Source: Trypanosoma brucei (Eukaryota). Taken from it: 64,000 bases of DNA. Location of the stretch: contig CP000066.1 in assembly GCA_000002445.1 (NCBI GenBank), forward strand, positions 448,001 to 512,000. Reading direction: 5' to 3'. Positions within the stretch are counted from its first letter, which is position 1. Each line of letters begins with the position of its first letter. A model generated the notes under the pieces. It did not search any database. It was not told the origin of the DNA and saw nothing but the letters and a program-made list of their open reading frames with translations. Shown piece after piece: positions 1 to 10,819 of the stretch. The translations under genes and the position numbers were made by a program.

Positions 1-614
1 ATCCAAACTACCAGTTCTGCTTGAATTGTCCCTGCGCAGCTTCTGTGTCTCGCCCACTGCTAGCCAATATGCTTTTCGTAACTTAAGAACCTCACGGTGT
101 GTGAGCCGGACTCCGCTAGTTTTGAGGTCTTCCAAACGCTTACAGGCTTCGATAATCAAATCAAGTTGTCTGTGCATCTCCTCAACCGTCGCAGGAGGAG
201 TTGGGTCGAACTCTGCATTGTAACTTGATGCGCTTTCAGCGCTGATCTTTTGAAGCATCACTTCAAACCTACGCACACAAACGTAAGTGTCCCTAATAAA
301 CTATGTACGCGCGTATACGCTTCTTTTCTTCCTCCTCTGCCTCAGTGGATGACCATGAAAGACAACCGAACAAAATGAAGCAAGGGATCAGATGGTGTGA
401 TGGCGAACCATACACGCGGAACCGACGCCTCCTCGGTCGTAAGTACGAGGGAAAAGAAAAATAATAAACAAAATAGCACCCTCGAACTTAAATGTGTTTA
501 TATGAATAATAGCCGCTTCGATAGAATGTGTAAAAAAAAAAACAAAAACACCATATTTCCTTGCATTTTGTACACGTCATTTGACACGTCGCAATCTACC
601 CGCAAACGATAGTG

Positions 615-1853
615 TCAAACATGCTTCACACTTTCCTCAGAGGTGTCTAACTCATCCTCATCGTCATCCAAGTCATCGTCGTGTTGTTCGTTTTCGGTTG
701 CTACCCCTTCTTTGGCTTCAGCCATTTCCTTTGCCGCAACCTCTTCCATTTCTGCTTCAATTTCCTCGACATGCATGGCAATCGCTTCCTGCCACTCCGC
801 AGGGAGTGATGAAGTGTCGGAAGCATTAACAGTGTCAAGTAACCGCTCGCCCAGCATTGCACACGCCATATCGATAACATCAGTCTGAAACTGACGCATA
901 TCCTCCGCGTTTTTCCGCCGCAGCGGTTCATGGAACTCATAAGAGTGCTTTAAGCTCTGGACAAAATGCTCTTCCATGGCCTCGAGGCGCTTGTCAACAA
1001 GAACCGCCTGCTCCGCCTCACGATCATATGTTGCTTCATCTGCATCCTGAATTGGTGTATCTTTTAAGGGATCGCCAACCTCAAGTTCATCGTTTACTGG
1101 AGGAATAGACATCAATATACCGCTTTCTAAGCTCATGCGTTTCTCCTCCATCTCCCCAGTCTCCTTGTTTCGTACCTTAACCATTTCGATATTGCATATT
1201 TCATTCGTGGATGGATCCACATGCCGTACCCGTGTCACACTAATTGGGTGCTCACGTTGAACTATTTGTTCCGGCCGCGACTCTGATGCCGGTATTACAA
1301 CATCTTGGACATTAATATTCTGCACAACAATTTCATTCTTATATTTGATTACAGCGATGATGGTACCACGCTGTCCAATGCCTTCGCCACTAACTACTTC
1401 CACAATATCACCTGGGTACCAAATCCATGGTGAAATCTCAAAATCAGGAGCAAAGTATTTATAACGGGCTGCTAATTGCTGTTTCTGGTGCTTTTCGAGG
1501 TCCCTTCGCAACCATTGGTTGTGATACGTGTGATCCTGATAAAAATCTCGCTCTCTCGGGTGTCGCATCGACTCCAGCAGCTCGAGACGCTCACGATCAC
1601 GCAAGTCTACAGTTTCATCACTATAAGTTCCTTTTAAAAGGCCACGTTTCACTTTGGGGCGACGCATCACATTTGGATCAACATTATATGCAAGCGCTGG
1701 TCGAGCGGGTCGAAAATAAAATTTCGATCGAGTCCGGAAACGAGCGTACATTATCGTACTCGCCACACTATTTCCAGCGTACCGACTTCCCACTAACGTA
1801 ATGCTCCCTATATTGCAACACAAACACCAAAAAGGAGAGCTAAATACACACAT
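615..1853 (-). CDS. KOW-domain protein (ribosomal uL24-like fold, possibly mitochondrial) with a long acidic C-terminal tail
   Basis: 412-aa ORF whose first codon is ATG (revcomp 'cat' at 1851-1853). It carries a KOW-like motif GDIVEVVSGEGIGQRGTIIAVIKYKNEIVVQNINV. The C-terminus is E/D-rich (DDDLDDDEDELD). A basic internal Met (MYARFRTRSKFYF, about 1751) could be the real start with a mitochondrial presequence. Confidence 0.6.
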   Translation of the reverse strand: MCVFSSPFWCLCCNIGSITLVGSRYAGNSVASTIMYARFRTRSKFYFRPARPALAYNVDPNVMRRPKVKRGLLKGTYSDETVDLRDRERLELLESMRHPRERDFYQDHTYHNQWLRRDLEKHQKQQLAARYKYFAPDFEISPWIWYPGDIVEVVSGEGIGQRGTIIAVIKYKNEIVVQNINVQDVVIPASESRPEQIVQREHPISVTRVRHVDPSTNEICNIEMVKVRNKETGEMEEKRMSLESGILMSIPPVNDELEVGDPLKDTPIQDADEATYDREAEQAVLVDKRLEAMEEHFVQSLKHSYEFHEPLRRKNAEDMRQFQTDVIDMACAMLGERLLDTVNASDTSSLPAEWQEAIAMHVEEIEAEMEEVAAKEMAEAKEGVATENEQHDDDLDDDEDELDTSEESVKHV

Positions 1854-2889
1854 ACATTCGGGCCATTAATAGAGGGAAGGTGAAGGATCATTGAGAAACT
1901 GCTGAACAGGACATCATGCAACCGAAGCAACGTTGTGAAGCATAGAGTATGTTTGATCAAACAAAGCAGTGTGTGCTCGTGAATAATATTGAACAAGGGT
2001 GGTAAAAAAAAAAAAACAGCAAATTATCGCCATGAAATATAACTTTCACGGCATATGAACCACGTGCCATCCAGCCCTCACGGGGCTGCAGGGAAAGATA
2101 AATACGGCTCAGACTTGAAACCACATAGAAATGCGCGCATGCGGTCACGTATAAGTTTCGAACCATCGGCACAGTGAAACCAATCCCACACGCCTGGCAT
2201 TTAAGTACTTGAATATTGATTAAAAGCGGTGCATTCCTCAGGTAAAGTAAAAAGGTAGTTTTCACTTGCACGTCTCATGCGCCTCCCTCACTGATGCAAC
2301 ACCGTGTGAAATGAAAAGTTGAAGCCGAACAGGTCCATGTGTTTAATTCCTCATTAACACTGAAAGAGTAGAAGGTAAACGCAACACAAAATGCGCTGAA
2401 TGGGCGTGACTAACCCATTCGAGTTTGTAACCACAGTTATGGCAACACCCAATCCCCTTCAGATATCGTAGCGTATTCGTTTCATCGCTTGTAGCTCCCT
2501 TGAATCTGGGAAAAAATTTTTTAAAAAGTAATTTCAGGAAGCATTGCCATCCTTCTCACACCTTTATTCACACTTCCCCCAACGACAAGTGCAAAAAAAA
2601 AAAAGAAATGAAATTACAGCTCGGTTCTTGACGTAATTGCACGCCACTGTAATAATGAACCTCGGATCAGTGACAATATCCCGCACGTGTTGGGATTAAA
2701 GTCAACACGAGGTAACAAAAAATTTCACAAAATAGCTTGTTGCGAAGACTACTAATACTTCCCACAATGGAATTAAAAAAAAAAAAACGTCACTTGTCGA
2801 TTTATTTATTTATTTCCCCTTCAACCCACTACCCACTCCTTGCGTTCGTGTGAAGACTCCACTCACCATCCCTCTCCATTTCATTTCAT

Positions 2890-2892
<3 letters not shown>

Positions 2893-2928
<36 letters not shown>
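2893..2928. repeat. (TA)n microsatellite, about 18 units
   Basis: Direct read. A second (TA)n lies at about 3129..3154. Confidence 0.9.
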
Positions 2929-2930
<2 letters not shown>

Positions 2931-3198
2931 ATGTATTGATGTACTTATTTATCACTTCCTCTCGTTCATGCGTTAATACACACACAAGCACGGAAAAGTA
3001 AGGGATGTCGAGTACATGAAAAAAGACATCCAAAGGAGAAACTTCTTCCGTTGGCGCACGTGACTCCCTTCTATTTGTTTTCACTTTCTCACAGAACCTT
3101 CACATATCTAATGCACACAGACACACGCATATATATATATATATATATATATATCTTTTATATCACTTAATTCCACTGTGCAACATTTCGCAGAGTCC

Positions 3199-3483
3199 CT
3201 ACCAGAATTTCCACCAGAATTTAGTCTTATCCACATTGCGGTGTTTTTCCATGCACGTCATGTACCCACGCAATTCCTTCTGACAAAACATCAACGAAGT
3301 CTTTGCTGTAATCCTATCCGTAGGTTCCTTCATTACCGCATGCTCCTCGAAACAAGTAAAGAACTGATTTGTCTCCTCCGTACATTCCTTCACTGTGGTG
3401 GGGAAGTATTGCGGTAAGCGTAAAATAAGTGTGTCACCAGTTGCATCTTCAGAAGTACTGCCACGATCCAAAACGTCAGCCAT
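3199..3483 (-). CDS. Small twin Cx9C (CHCH-domain) protein, candidate mitochondrial intermembrane-space / COX-assembly (Cmc-like) factor
   Basis: The track ORF 3199..3528 begins with GTG, so I take the first in-frame ATG at aa 16 (MADVLDRG...). There are two Cx9C motifs, CTEETNQFFTC and CQKELRGYMTC, spaced as in CHCH-fold proteins. It is on the same strand as its neighbours. Confidence 0.45.
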   Translation of the reverse strand: MADVLDRGSTSEDATGDTLILRLPQYFPTTVKECTEETNQFFTCFEEHAVMKEPTDRITAKTSLMFCQKELRGYMTCMEKHRNVDKTKFWWKFW

Positions 3484-3555
3484 CACTAGCCGCCGAGTTT
3501 CAGCCGTCGATATCCACCGGCAAGTCACGATTGTTTCCCTCTCCTCCTAAATTTT

Positions 3556-3588
3556 AATAATAATAATAATTATTATTATTATTATTAC
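3556..3588. repeat. (TAA)n/(TTA)n trinucleotide microsatellite
   Basis: aataataataataattattattattattatta, read directly. Confidence 0.85.
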
Positions 3589-4072
3589 ACCAATATACAC
3601 CTTTCCTTCTTGTATATTCACAAATCACCTCAGCCTTTATGAGCTTTACTACTGGTACCCCACTTTGCCTTCGTTTTTTTTTGTTTTGTTTCTCTTCGTT
3701 TTCAACAAATGAGTCTCTCAAATCCCTTCAACCGCTGTCAGTCCGCTGCGTCCTGCGGTGAAAGAACAAGAGATCAATAAACAAATAATCGATAAATGAT
3801 GGCAGACGGAAACAACCACGTAAAAAAATAAATAAATATATGTATAGTTTTCTAATTTGTTTCTTCCTTGCACCTATTCGTTGTAATTATATGCACAAAA
3901 AGATGTGATACGAAAAGGAAACAAAGCAAAAAGAAAAAATTTGTCACAACGCGTGGCAGCACGACAGAAACAGAATGGGTTCATATTTCTTTCGGATAAA
4001 AAAAAAAGAAATTAGTGTGACGAAACCAACTGTGATTCACAAACGGTAGACACTCCCCCTCCTCCCCCAATA

Positions 4073-4093
4073 AACACACACACACACACACAC
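4073..4093. repeat. (CA)n microsatellite
   Basis: acacacacacacacacacac, read directly. Confidence 0.85.
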
Positions 4094-4165
4094 CTCAACG
4101 TAAGTGAAGTAACGCAAGAACAAAAACATCCCCCCATAACAAAACAAAACAAAAACGACAATACC

Positions 4166-4861
4166 TCACGTCGCCCGTCCGCCAAAAGCTGCGGTACCAT
4201 CGGGTTTTATCACCACCTTCACTTTATCATTCACCTGCACCGAGTCGTTCACACCAATTATACCATCGCACTCAACAAATGCTGCCATTTTGTACATTCC
4301 TTTCAGCGTGAGTTTTTCCACCGTGTAGGTGTAATTACTTGGCATAACAACCTCAGACCAAATATCTTTTTCATTCGGGGACTCATCATCATCAGGCATG
4401 ATGTGCAGCACATCAACAGGCATACCACAGCAAAGAAACTTCTGCTGTAATTCCGGCAGCGAATCACCAGGAATGTTTACCTCCTTTCCCGCATCACTAC
4501 TATGCTCAGGATATACAAAACACGCCATATCATCATCATCGAAACCACTGAACAGCAACCGCACGCGTTCGGCGCGAGCCTCAGCAAAATCATGCCCGTG
4601 ACCAGCTGTTACTTCTTTTTTACGGCCGGTTCCCACTTCTGTGAGTTTGATATTAAATGAAGCAGCATTTTGTCCCTTTTGCGACCGCGTGTTGGCGAGG
4701 ACGCGATAATAACGCTTGTCCACCTTCAGAATCATTCCGGCTCGCACCCTATCGGCAAAGACGCCCCGCTGCGAGCACAAAAGTGGCGATGCCGGTCGCG
4801 CCATGTGGCCATAATTATTGAGAACCGCTAACGAAGGCCTTCCAAAGAGGGAGCGAAGCAT
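4166..4861 (-). CDS. Elongation factor P (EF-P)-like protein, probably organellar
   Basis: The track ORF 4166..4966 starts at GTG (revcomp of 'cac' at 4964-4966). The first ATG is at 4859-4861 (MLRSLFGRPSLAVLNN, presequence-like). The body has an EF-P domain-I pattern, GMILKVDKRYYRVLANTRSQKGQNAASFNIKLTEVGTGRKKEV (KOW-like, Lys-containing loop, 'L..v.tG...e'). It is followed by acidic and OB-like domains II and III. Confidence 0.6.
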   Translation of the reverse strand: MLRSLFGRPSLAVLNNYGHMARPASPLLCSQRGVFADRVRAGMILKVDKRYYRVLANTRSQKGQNAASFNIKLTEVGTGRKKEVTAGHGHDFAEARAERVRLLFSGFDDDDMACFVYPEHSSDAGKEVNIPGDSLPELQQKFLCCGMPVDVLHIMPDDDESPNEKDIWSEVVMPSNYTYTVEKLTLKGMYKMAAFVECDGIIGVNDSVQVNDKVKVVIKPDGTAAFGGRAT

Positions 4862-5790
4862 CGAAAAACTAACGAATGTTTTGTGCTGGGTGAAACTGAA
4901 GTAATGATTTCGTTCCGTTACCGTAGCTCCCTTTATGTTTCCTTTTTTTTTTCTTTGTAATATCACTTGGCTTATGTTTCAGCAATACAAATCTTTGATA
5001 CCGCTCCTCCTTCTCTCCCCGCTTCTCTATCAGTCAAAAGAAAAAGGCTTAGGTTTCTGAGATCTGCGAGCGCGTAGAAATGAAGTGACGGCAAAAGGCT
5101 CCTTCCCCTGATGTTGTGAGCGTTGTCCTGGGGAAGCACCTTTTTAGAGAAAATTTTTTGTTTAGTTTCAAGTGTTAGAGAGGAAGATACAGCAAAGAGG
5201 AAAAATAAAAAGAAAGAAAGAGAGAGGGGAGGAGAAAGCAACGGTACAGGAAACAGGACCACCAATTAAGCAAAAGGAGAAGTGAAGGATGTGAAACTGA
5301 AAACAGACAGACGCTTCCCAATAGAGGAGATGATAAAGGGACAAGCCGCTACATGTTCCACCCCCACAACAACTGGAGAAGCTGTATTGCACTACAGTAG
5401 TTGTTATTATTCATACATTACATCAAAAAATTCGAGTAAAGTTACACAAACAACGGTAGCGCAGCGCAGCACAGCGATGAGAAGAAGAAAGGAGAGAAGA
5501 GGAATTTGTCACAAAGCGAGTGTAGAGCTCGCATGGACGCGGAAAACAGAACAATACGCAGCGGGTGTTTCTCCCTTTTATTTGATTTTTGTTTTGTGTT
5601 GCATTTCTTCCTGATTTCCGCGTTTCGTCACACACTATACCCTTCCTCTTAATTGAGTACTCCAAGCCCCTCCTCTCTCCACATCACATCTGACTTCCGT
5701 CACCCCAACTTCCCTCACACACACAAAAATACAAAAGTCCCATCAAATCCCAAAGACATTTCCTCCCCCTTTTTTTTGTTGTTGTTGTCA

Positions 5791-7842
5791 TTACTTAACC
5801 AACTCAGGGAGAACTGGCAGTGGGCCTTCATGACTCACACGCTTCCGCACCAGTCTTCGAATGGACCGTGGGCCCTTTCCGCCATAATCGCATGTAAAAC
5901 TGACAAAATCTAAAGTAATGCCGTTAAGTTCGAAAGTTTTCTTGTGCCGCGTCCTCGAAAGAAACGAGTGCTCCGTCAGCAAGGCGAACCTTCGAGGCAT
6001 GGACTCCCACATGGCGTGCTTAATAACGCCCTCAACGGGATCAATCATCTGCACTGGATTTGTGCAAACCTGCCAGTTCACACTTCCATCCTCTATCGTG
6101 CTCTTTACCTGAGAGCTACGTTTAACTTCAAAGTAATGATCTACATATTGTGCGCGAACAAGCGTTGCAGGATTGAGCCGAAGACGGTCTTGCATACGGA
6201 CGGTCAAATATGAATGAATCGCGACATAACGCGACCGTCGAGCAACCTCTAGCATTTCCCCACGAAGCTTCTTGGCGACCACCTTAGCCACTGCCTGGTC
6301 ATCTTCCGGAATAACAGCATCTTTTACGCTACCGTGGAGACAACCTATTGAAGAGAGTACAACATGTGTCAAGCCGTTGCGATCGTCATATGCGGTGATA
6401 CTTTTGACGCGAAACATGGAACACATCGGGAGGAGCCATTCCCGATCGTACGGGTGCATGGAGATATCACATATTTCCACCGCATCGGTGACGTCGTGGA
6501 TTTCAAACAGAACGGCGCTATCCGGTACTGCGAACGCCTCTTCATCCAACCAGTTAACATTTGGTCGTACCATTGTAAAGCATGGAAACATATACCAATC
6601 ACCGTCAGGTATGCTTCGTAAGTATCGAAGCTCCTCTTGTGGTAATTCCTTCACACCATAAAACAATGGAGGGCGAGCCGTGTGCGGCGGTGCGGAAGGC
6701 GATTCCCTGTGCAGGACCAGCAGCAACACAGAGGCGGTATATTCCCACTTCTTCATTCCCTCCGCATCCCCAATACGAAAATAACTGTAAATCTCTTGCG
6801 CTACGGATAATTGTGGGGGATCCACCAAAAATGTTCGCGCAATATCGATGGGCTCCATTGTGAGAAGGCGAATGACTAAAAGCACGGGACTGGAAAAGTT
6901 TGGGTACAGCGACCCGTACAACATATTCAGCACATCCTGGAAAACAATGACGGCACCAACCTTCAGACCAAGGTTCTTTGCTATCTCACGCTGCAATGAA
7001 AGTTTGTCCCGCTTTTTGACAGAGGAAATTGCGCCCTCCATAAGAGTTTTCAATAGCAGACCACACTCTTCATACTCGTGAAACACCTCTACGGCGATAT
7101 GCCACTGAAATCCTACCGGATATGGACAGCGCGCATATGCGGACTCGGTTATGTGATCCAATTCCTCAACTGAGAGCTCTTCACCGGCGAATTGATCATC
7201 TTTTTCGAGATCACCTGCTTTGTCCATCACAAGCATGAGATTCTTATACTCGTTGATTTCCTCAATCACCGGTCGCTTTTTAACCTCCTGTGTCGAAAGG
7301 ATAACTTGCTTTAATATTTTCCCATCCTGAGCATGCACGACATCGCCACGTATCTTAAACTTAGAGGCATTCAGCGCGACCTTATCAGGGGAAACCAATC
7401 CGAGTGCAAATGGAATGGAAATTGAAACATGTTGATCCATTTCTATACGCCGGACGCACTTAAGTAATACTGTTTGTTTTTGTGACGCCCTCTTGTCACC
7501 CCTTACGCCATCCCCAGTCCAAAAACCTTGAAAGTAAGTGGGTAGCAGCCCCCCTTGTGAGTCCAAACATTCCGCAGTAAAGACGGTTGGTTTTGCCTTA
7601 AAACCCGGCAATGAGAGCTGAATGACATCACCCTCAAGAATAGGAACGCTACAACGGAACTGAAGCCCAATTCCTACTTCCACACGGGGGATGGGAGGTG
7701 AAATGGTAAGAACCGTATCCACCACTTCTGCATCTGCTGTTTCTATTGCTTCATTGGTATTCAGTATCCCAACCGGCTGGAATTTGCCTAGACGAGCAAA
7801 CACATCAACAACTGCCTTCTTTTTACCTTTACCCTTAGCCAT
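5791..7842 (-). CDS. Conserved hypothetical protein, 683 aa, Lys-rich N-terminus (MAKGKGKKK)
   Basis: Long uninterrupted ORF with a verified ATG start (revcomp 'atggctaagggtaaaggtaaaaag'). Codon usage matches its neighbours. I recognise no domain with confidence. Confidence 0.7.
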   Translation of the reverse strand: MAKGKGKKKAVVDVFARLGKFQPVGILNTNEAIETADAEVVDTVLTISPPIPRVEVGIGLQFRCSVPILEGDVIQLSLPGFKAKPTVFTAECLDSQGGLLPTYFQGFWTGDGVRGDKRASQKQTVLLKCVRRIEMDQHVSISIPFALGLVSPDKVALNASKFKIRGDVVHAQDGKILKQVILSTQEVKKRPVIEEINEYKNLMLVMDKAGDLEKDDQFAGEELSVEELDHITESAYARCPYPVGFQWHIAVEVFHEYEECGLLLKTLMEGAISSVKKRDKLSLQREIAKNLGLKVGAVIVFQDVLNMLYGSLYPNFSSPVLLVIRLLTMEPIDIARTFLVDPPQLSVAQEIYSYFRIGDAEGMKKWEYTASVLLLVLHRESPSAPPHTARPPLFYGVKELPQEELRYLRSIPDGDWYMFPCFTMVRPNVNWLDEEAFAVPDSAVLFEIHDVTDAVEICDISMHPYDREWLLPMCSMFRVKSITAYDDRNGLTHVVLSSIGCLHGSVKDAVIPEDDQAVAKVVAKKLRGEMLEVARRSRYVAIHSYLTVRMQDRLRLNPATLVRAQYVDHYFEVKRSSQVKSTIEDGSVNWQVCTNPVQMIDPVEGVIKHAMWESMPRRFALLTEHSFLSRTRHKKTFELNGITLDFVSFTCDYGGKGPRSIRRLVRKRVSHEGPLPVLPELVK

Positions 7843-8316
7843 CTCACCCTTTTGGTTTCCTCCTGTATTCCTTTCTCCTCAAATATGATGATGTGACTAA
7901 AAATATCCCCTATGCTTATCCCGCACTCTAACTTTGTATGTTCTTGTTTAAAATTGTTTCAGCTGTTGTTCCCTTCCCTTCTCCCCAGCGCCCACAACCG
8001 AATCGGTTTATTGGCTCATAATTAAGAGGGAAAGTATGCAACACCAGCGTAATTAAAGAATAAGGATGAAAAGGATGGATGATCACTCGAACGACATGCC
8101 GCAAATAAATAAAAAAAGGTAAAACAAACACGAAAACTTACGAAAAAAAAACCTTCCAAATAACTCTCACGCATTCATCAGCGCTATTTCCTTCAGTCTT
8201 TTTTTTTAATGATTTCAGAATTTCCTCAACAGGGAAGAAAGGAAGCTGAAAACATTTCATGCAGCACATGCACTCGTGTATGCCTTTACACGATATGAAG
8301 TAATGACACAAATCTT

Positions 8317-8922
8317 CTATGAACCATCTCTATAAGCCACGGATGCACTTACGCTATGAAAACTTGTCGAGAATGAACGCAATGTAACCTCGCTACTCCC
8401 CATAATTAGCCGCGGGTCGCTAAGCTCCCACGAACCGGTTGGAAGCTCCGTGTCGGGATCCGCATAAACCAGCATATCAAAGTAGCATGGACGGTGCAGT
8501 AAAGGAAGATACGAGACTGATGATGTTACTTGACGCAGCACCGCTTGAATCTCCTTCCGAAGCGTGTCATCGGATTTGGAATTAACACCTTCTACCGCCT
8601 CCAGTCCCTGAGTTGCGATGTCAAACACCCACCGCTCGACAACATCGCCTTTTGTCTCTGCATCAACTAAAACTAAAACAAGCTTTCTAAGTTTATCTTG
8701 TGAGACCCACTTTATCACCTGCTGGAGAACTTCTGCAAGATACGAATTAAGCTCTTCATCAACGGATACCATCAGTTGCACACCATATCGGGTGACCTGC
8801 TGAAAACTATCACTAGGGTACACGCCGCGTTGATAAAGTACGCAATAAATAGCAAACCCCAGGAATTCTGTAATAGTAGAGACACTGCTCCTAAAAGTAA
8901 TGGTTTGTAACCTCTCTGCCAT
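8317..8922 (-). CDS. MAD2: Mitotic arrest deficient 2 (MAD2), HORMA-domain protein
   Basis: 201 aa with a verified ATG. It aligns along its whole length with MAD2. Matching motifs include FLGFAIYCVLYQRGVYPSDSF (versus FFSFGINSILYQRGIYPSETF), LVLVLVDAETKGDVVERWVFDI, LPLLHRPCYFDMLVYADPDTELP and EVTLRSFSTSFHSVSASVAYR. Confidence 0.9.
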   Translation of the reverse strand: MAERLQTITFRSSVSTITEFLGFAIYCVLYQRGVYPSDSFQQVTRYGVQLMVSVDEELNSYLAEVLQQVIKWVSQDKLRKLVLVLVDAETKGDVVERWVFDIATQGLEAVEGVNSKSDDTLRKEIQAVLRQVTSSVSYLPLLHRPCYFDMLVYADPDTELPTGSWELSDPRLIMGSSEVTLRSFSTSFHSVSASVAYRDGS

Positions 8923-9501
8923 TTCTTGCGAGATGCAGCACCAATAAACTAGTTTTGGTGTATTTCACTGCGTTTGGTGGAGTGAATGTGTTTTGAATAT
9001 GCGGATTCCCTCTCCCACGATGTATCCTTCCTTTTTTGTTTTGGTTTTCGTTTTGTGTGTTTGCGTGTTTCGGCCACCGCGGTAGGCAGCCGCAGTTAGA
9101 AAAAATAATTTAAACTGGTAACCCCAGAAATAACAGCAAAGAGAAGCAAATACACATCACATAAACTCCACACACACCAGAGGGTTAAATAAAGCACAAA
9201 AAAAAGGAGATTGCGTTTGTGCGTCAATGATTATCAACACCGCAACTCGTTTTGAAGGATACGCTAACGCTTTTGTTTATTTTAACGAAGCAAAAATAAT
9301 TTTTAAAAAGGAAAAAGAAAAAAAATGAGCCAGTGATCGTTTTTCTTTTTTTCTTTTTTGATACAATCAGTGTAGCATATCTTCAACTAATACTCTGCAC
9401 CCGTCGCTCATATCATTGTCACACAAGAACCCAGTGACTTGGGTGGGTGGAAAATTACAACGAATAAAACGAAACAACTAAAATACAACGTCGTTAGGTT
9501 T

Positions 9502-10284
9502 TTAAACACCCTTTGGGACCGCTTCGTTAATGTTCCCAAGACAGTCTTTCGCCTTCTCAAGGATATTCCGCACGTAAGTCCACTCCAAAACACTGCGGCG
9601 AAACCCCTGAAAGTCCTCCGCATCCCATTGCGCCTTGGTTGCTTCGTAGCACTCCATGTGGCGTTCCTCCAGATGAGCAATGAGAATGACGAGCCTGTCT
9701 CGGTACTCATTTGTTTCCTCAGGAGAAAACACGTACTCATTGGCTGCCATCATTTCAGCAAGAAACTCCTCTGGCAGGCTCATGTTCTCACCGGCATCCT
9801 GAAGTCGTTTGTTATCCTCCACATTACGGCCATCATCGTCACTCATGAGCATTTCCTCCTCCAACGGATCCAGAGGACGTCCCTTTACAGCTTCAGCACG
9901 ACTCAAGCGAGAAAGGTATTTGCAACGGCGGAATGGATCACGCAATGTTTCATATGACAAATTGGCATACATCGAATCATCAACATTCGCCACATCAGTT
10001 GTTGTCGATGTCGTTACCGATCCCACCACGCCGCCAGGCGGTTCCGTTGAGTTGTTGGCATCTTGCACGTTAGCCAAATCGGGATGAACACGACGCTGCA
10101 GTTTGTGGTAGCTTCGCTGAACATCTGCAGCATCCAAATCGGGGGATTTCGGCAGTGACAAGTACGCAAAGAAGTTTCCCCTTCCAACGGTGCCAGCGGT
10201 GTGTAGATTTCGCGTCATTCCGTTAGAAAACCCCAGCCACGCGCTGGTTGCTAAGAAACGACGGTTCATCCCCACCACCACCAT
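9502..10284 (-). CDS. HSCB: J-domain co-chaperone of HscB/Jac1 type (mitochondrial Fe-S cluster assembly)
   Basis: The track ORF starts at GTG. In-frame ATGs lie at 10284 and 10269; the second gives MNRRFLATSAWLG, a presequence-like N-terminus. The J-domain is NFFAYLSLPKSPDLDAADVQRSYHKLQRRVHPDL with the HPD motif. Next comes TLRDPFRRCKYLSRLSR, which parallels HscB TLRHPLMRAEYLLSL, and then a helical C-terminal domain. Confidence 0.75.
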   Translation of the reverse strand: MVVVGMNRRFLATSAWLGFSNGMTRNLHTAGTVGRGNFFAYLSLPKSPDLDAADVQRSYHKLQRRVHPDLANVQDANNSTEPPGGVVGSVTTSTTTDVANVDDSMYANLSYETLRDPFRRCKYLSRLSRAEAVKGRPLDPLEEEMLMSDDDGRNVEDNKRLQDAGENMSLPEEFLAEMMAANEYVFSPEETNEYRDRLVILIAHLEERHMECYEATKAQWDAEDFQGFRRSVLEWTYVRNILEKAKDCLGNINEAVPKGV

Positions 10285-10819
10285 CACCACCCTTTGTTGT
10301 TTACTGCACCTATTCCAATACTATGTTTCCTTTAGTGAGGCAGATACATAAAGACAAAGAAGAGGGAAAGTGCAGACGCCATGTGGTAGAATCACAGTCA
10401 GGTTGATTTTTGTGCTATTGATTTAAAGGAAAGCCCAAAGTAGAAGAAGAGGGGGCAGGCGGATGAGCTTCCATGGGAACGAGGAGAACCTTAATCATAC
10501 ACGGCAAGTTTTACGTACCGGAGCGCTTAAGACGAGACAAAAGCACGAACGGAACAGGGGAAGAGGGATAATAAAAGTGTAATACGTGAGAAGGAAAGAG
10601 GAATCGACTCTGTGCAATTCCACACTCCTCATTAAGGAGTTCTCAAGTGACTCGCAGAACGGAGTATATAAATAATGAATATACATGAAGATTACGACGA
10701 GCAACAACAAGAGACCTTAGGCACCAAGAGAGAGAGAGAGAGAAAAATCGAGTAAGACAGGAGGAAAAAAAGAAAATGAAAACACGATGCGAAAAAAAAA
10801 AAAGATCCCAGAGTGACCG

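Noticed and set aside
2090-2200. Possible tRNA T-arm-like 'ggttcgaaac' (minus strand) in the KOW-CHCH intergenic region
   Set aside because: I could not fold a cloverleaf. The acceptor and anticodon stems do not pair, and there are no A/B-box spacings. Treated as a chance match.
5791-7842. Tempting to call the 683-aa protein an ADP-ribosyltransferase or phosphatase from short motifs (FHEYEECG, LLTEHSF)
   Set aside because: The motifs are too short and are not in the canonical order or spacing. Left as a conserved hypothetical.
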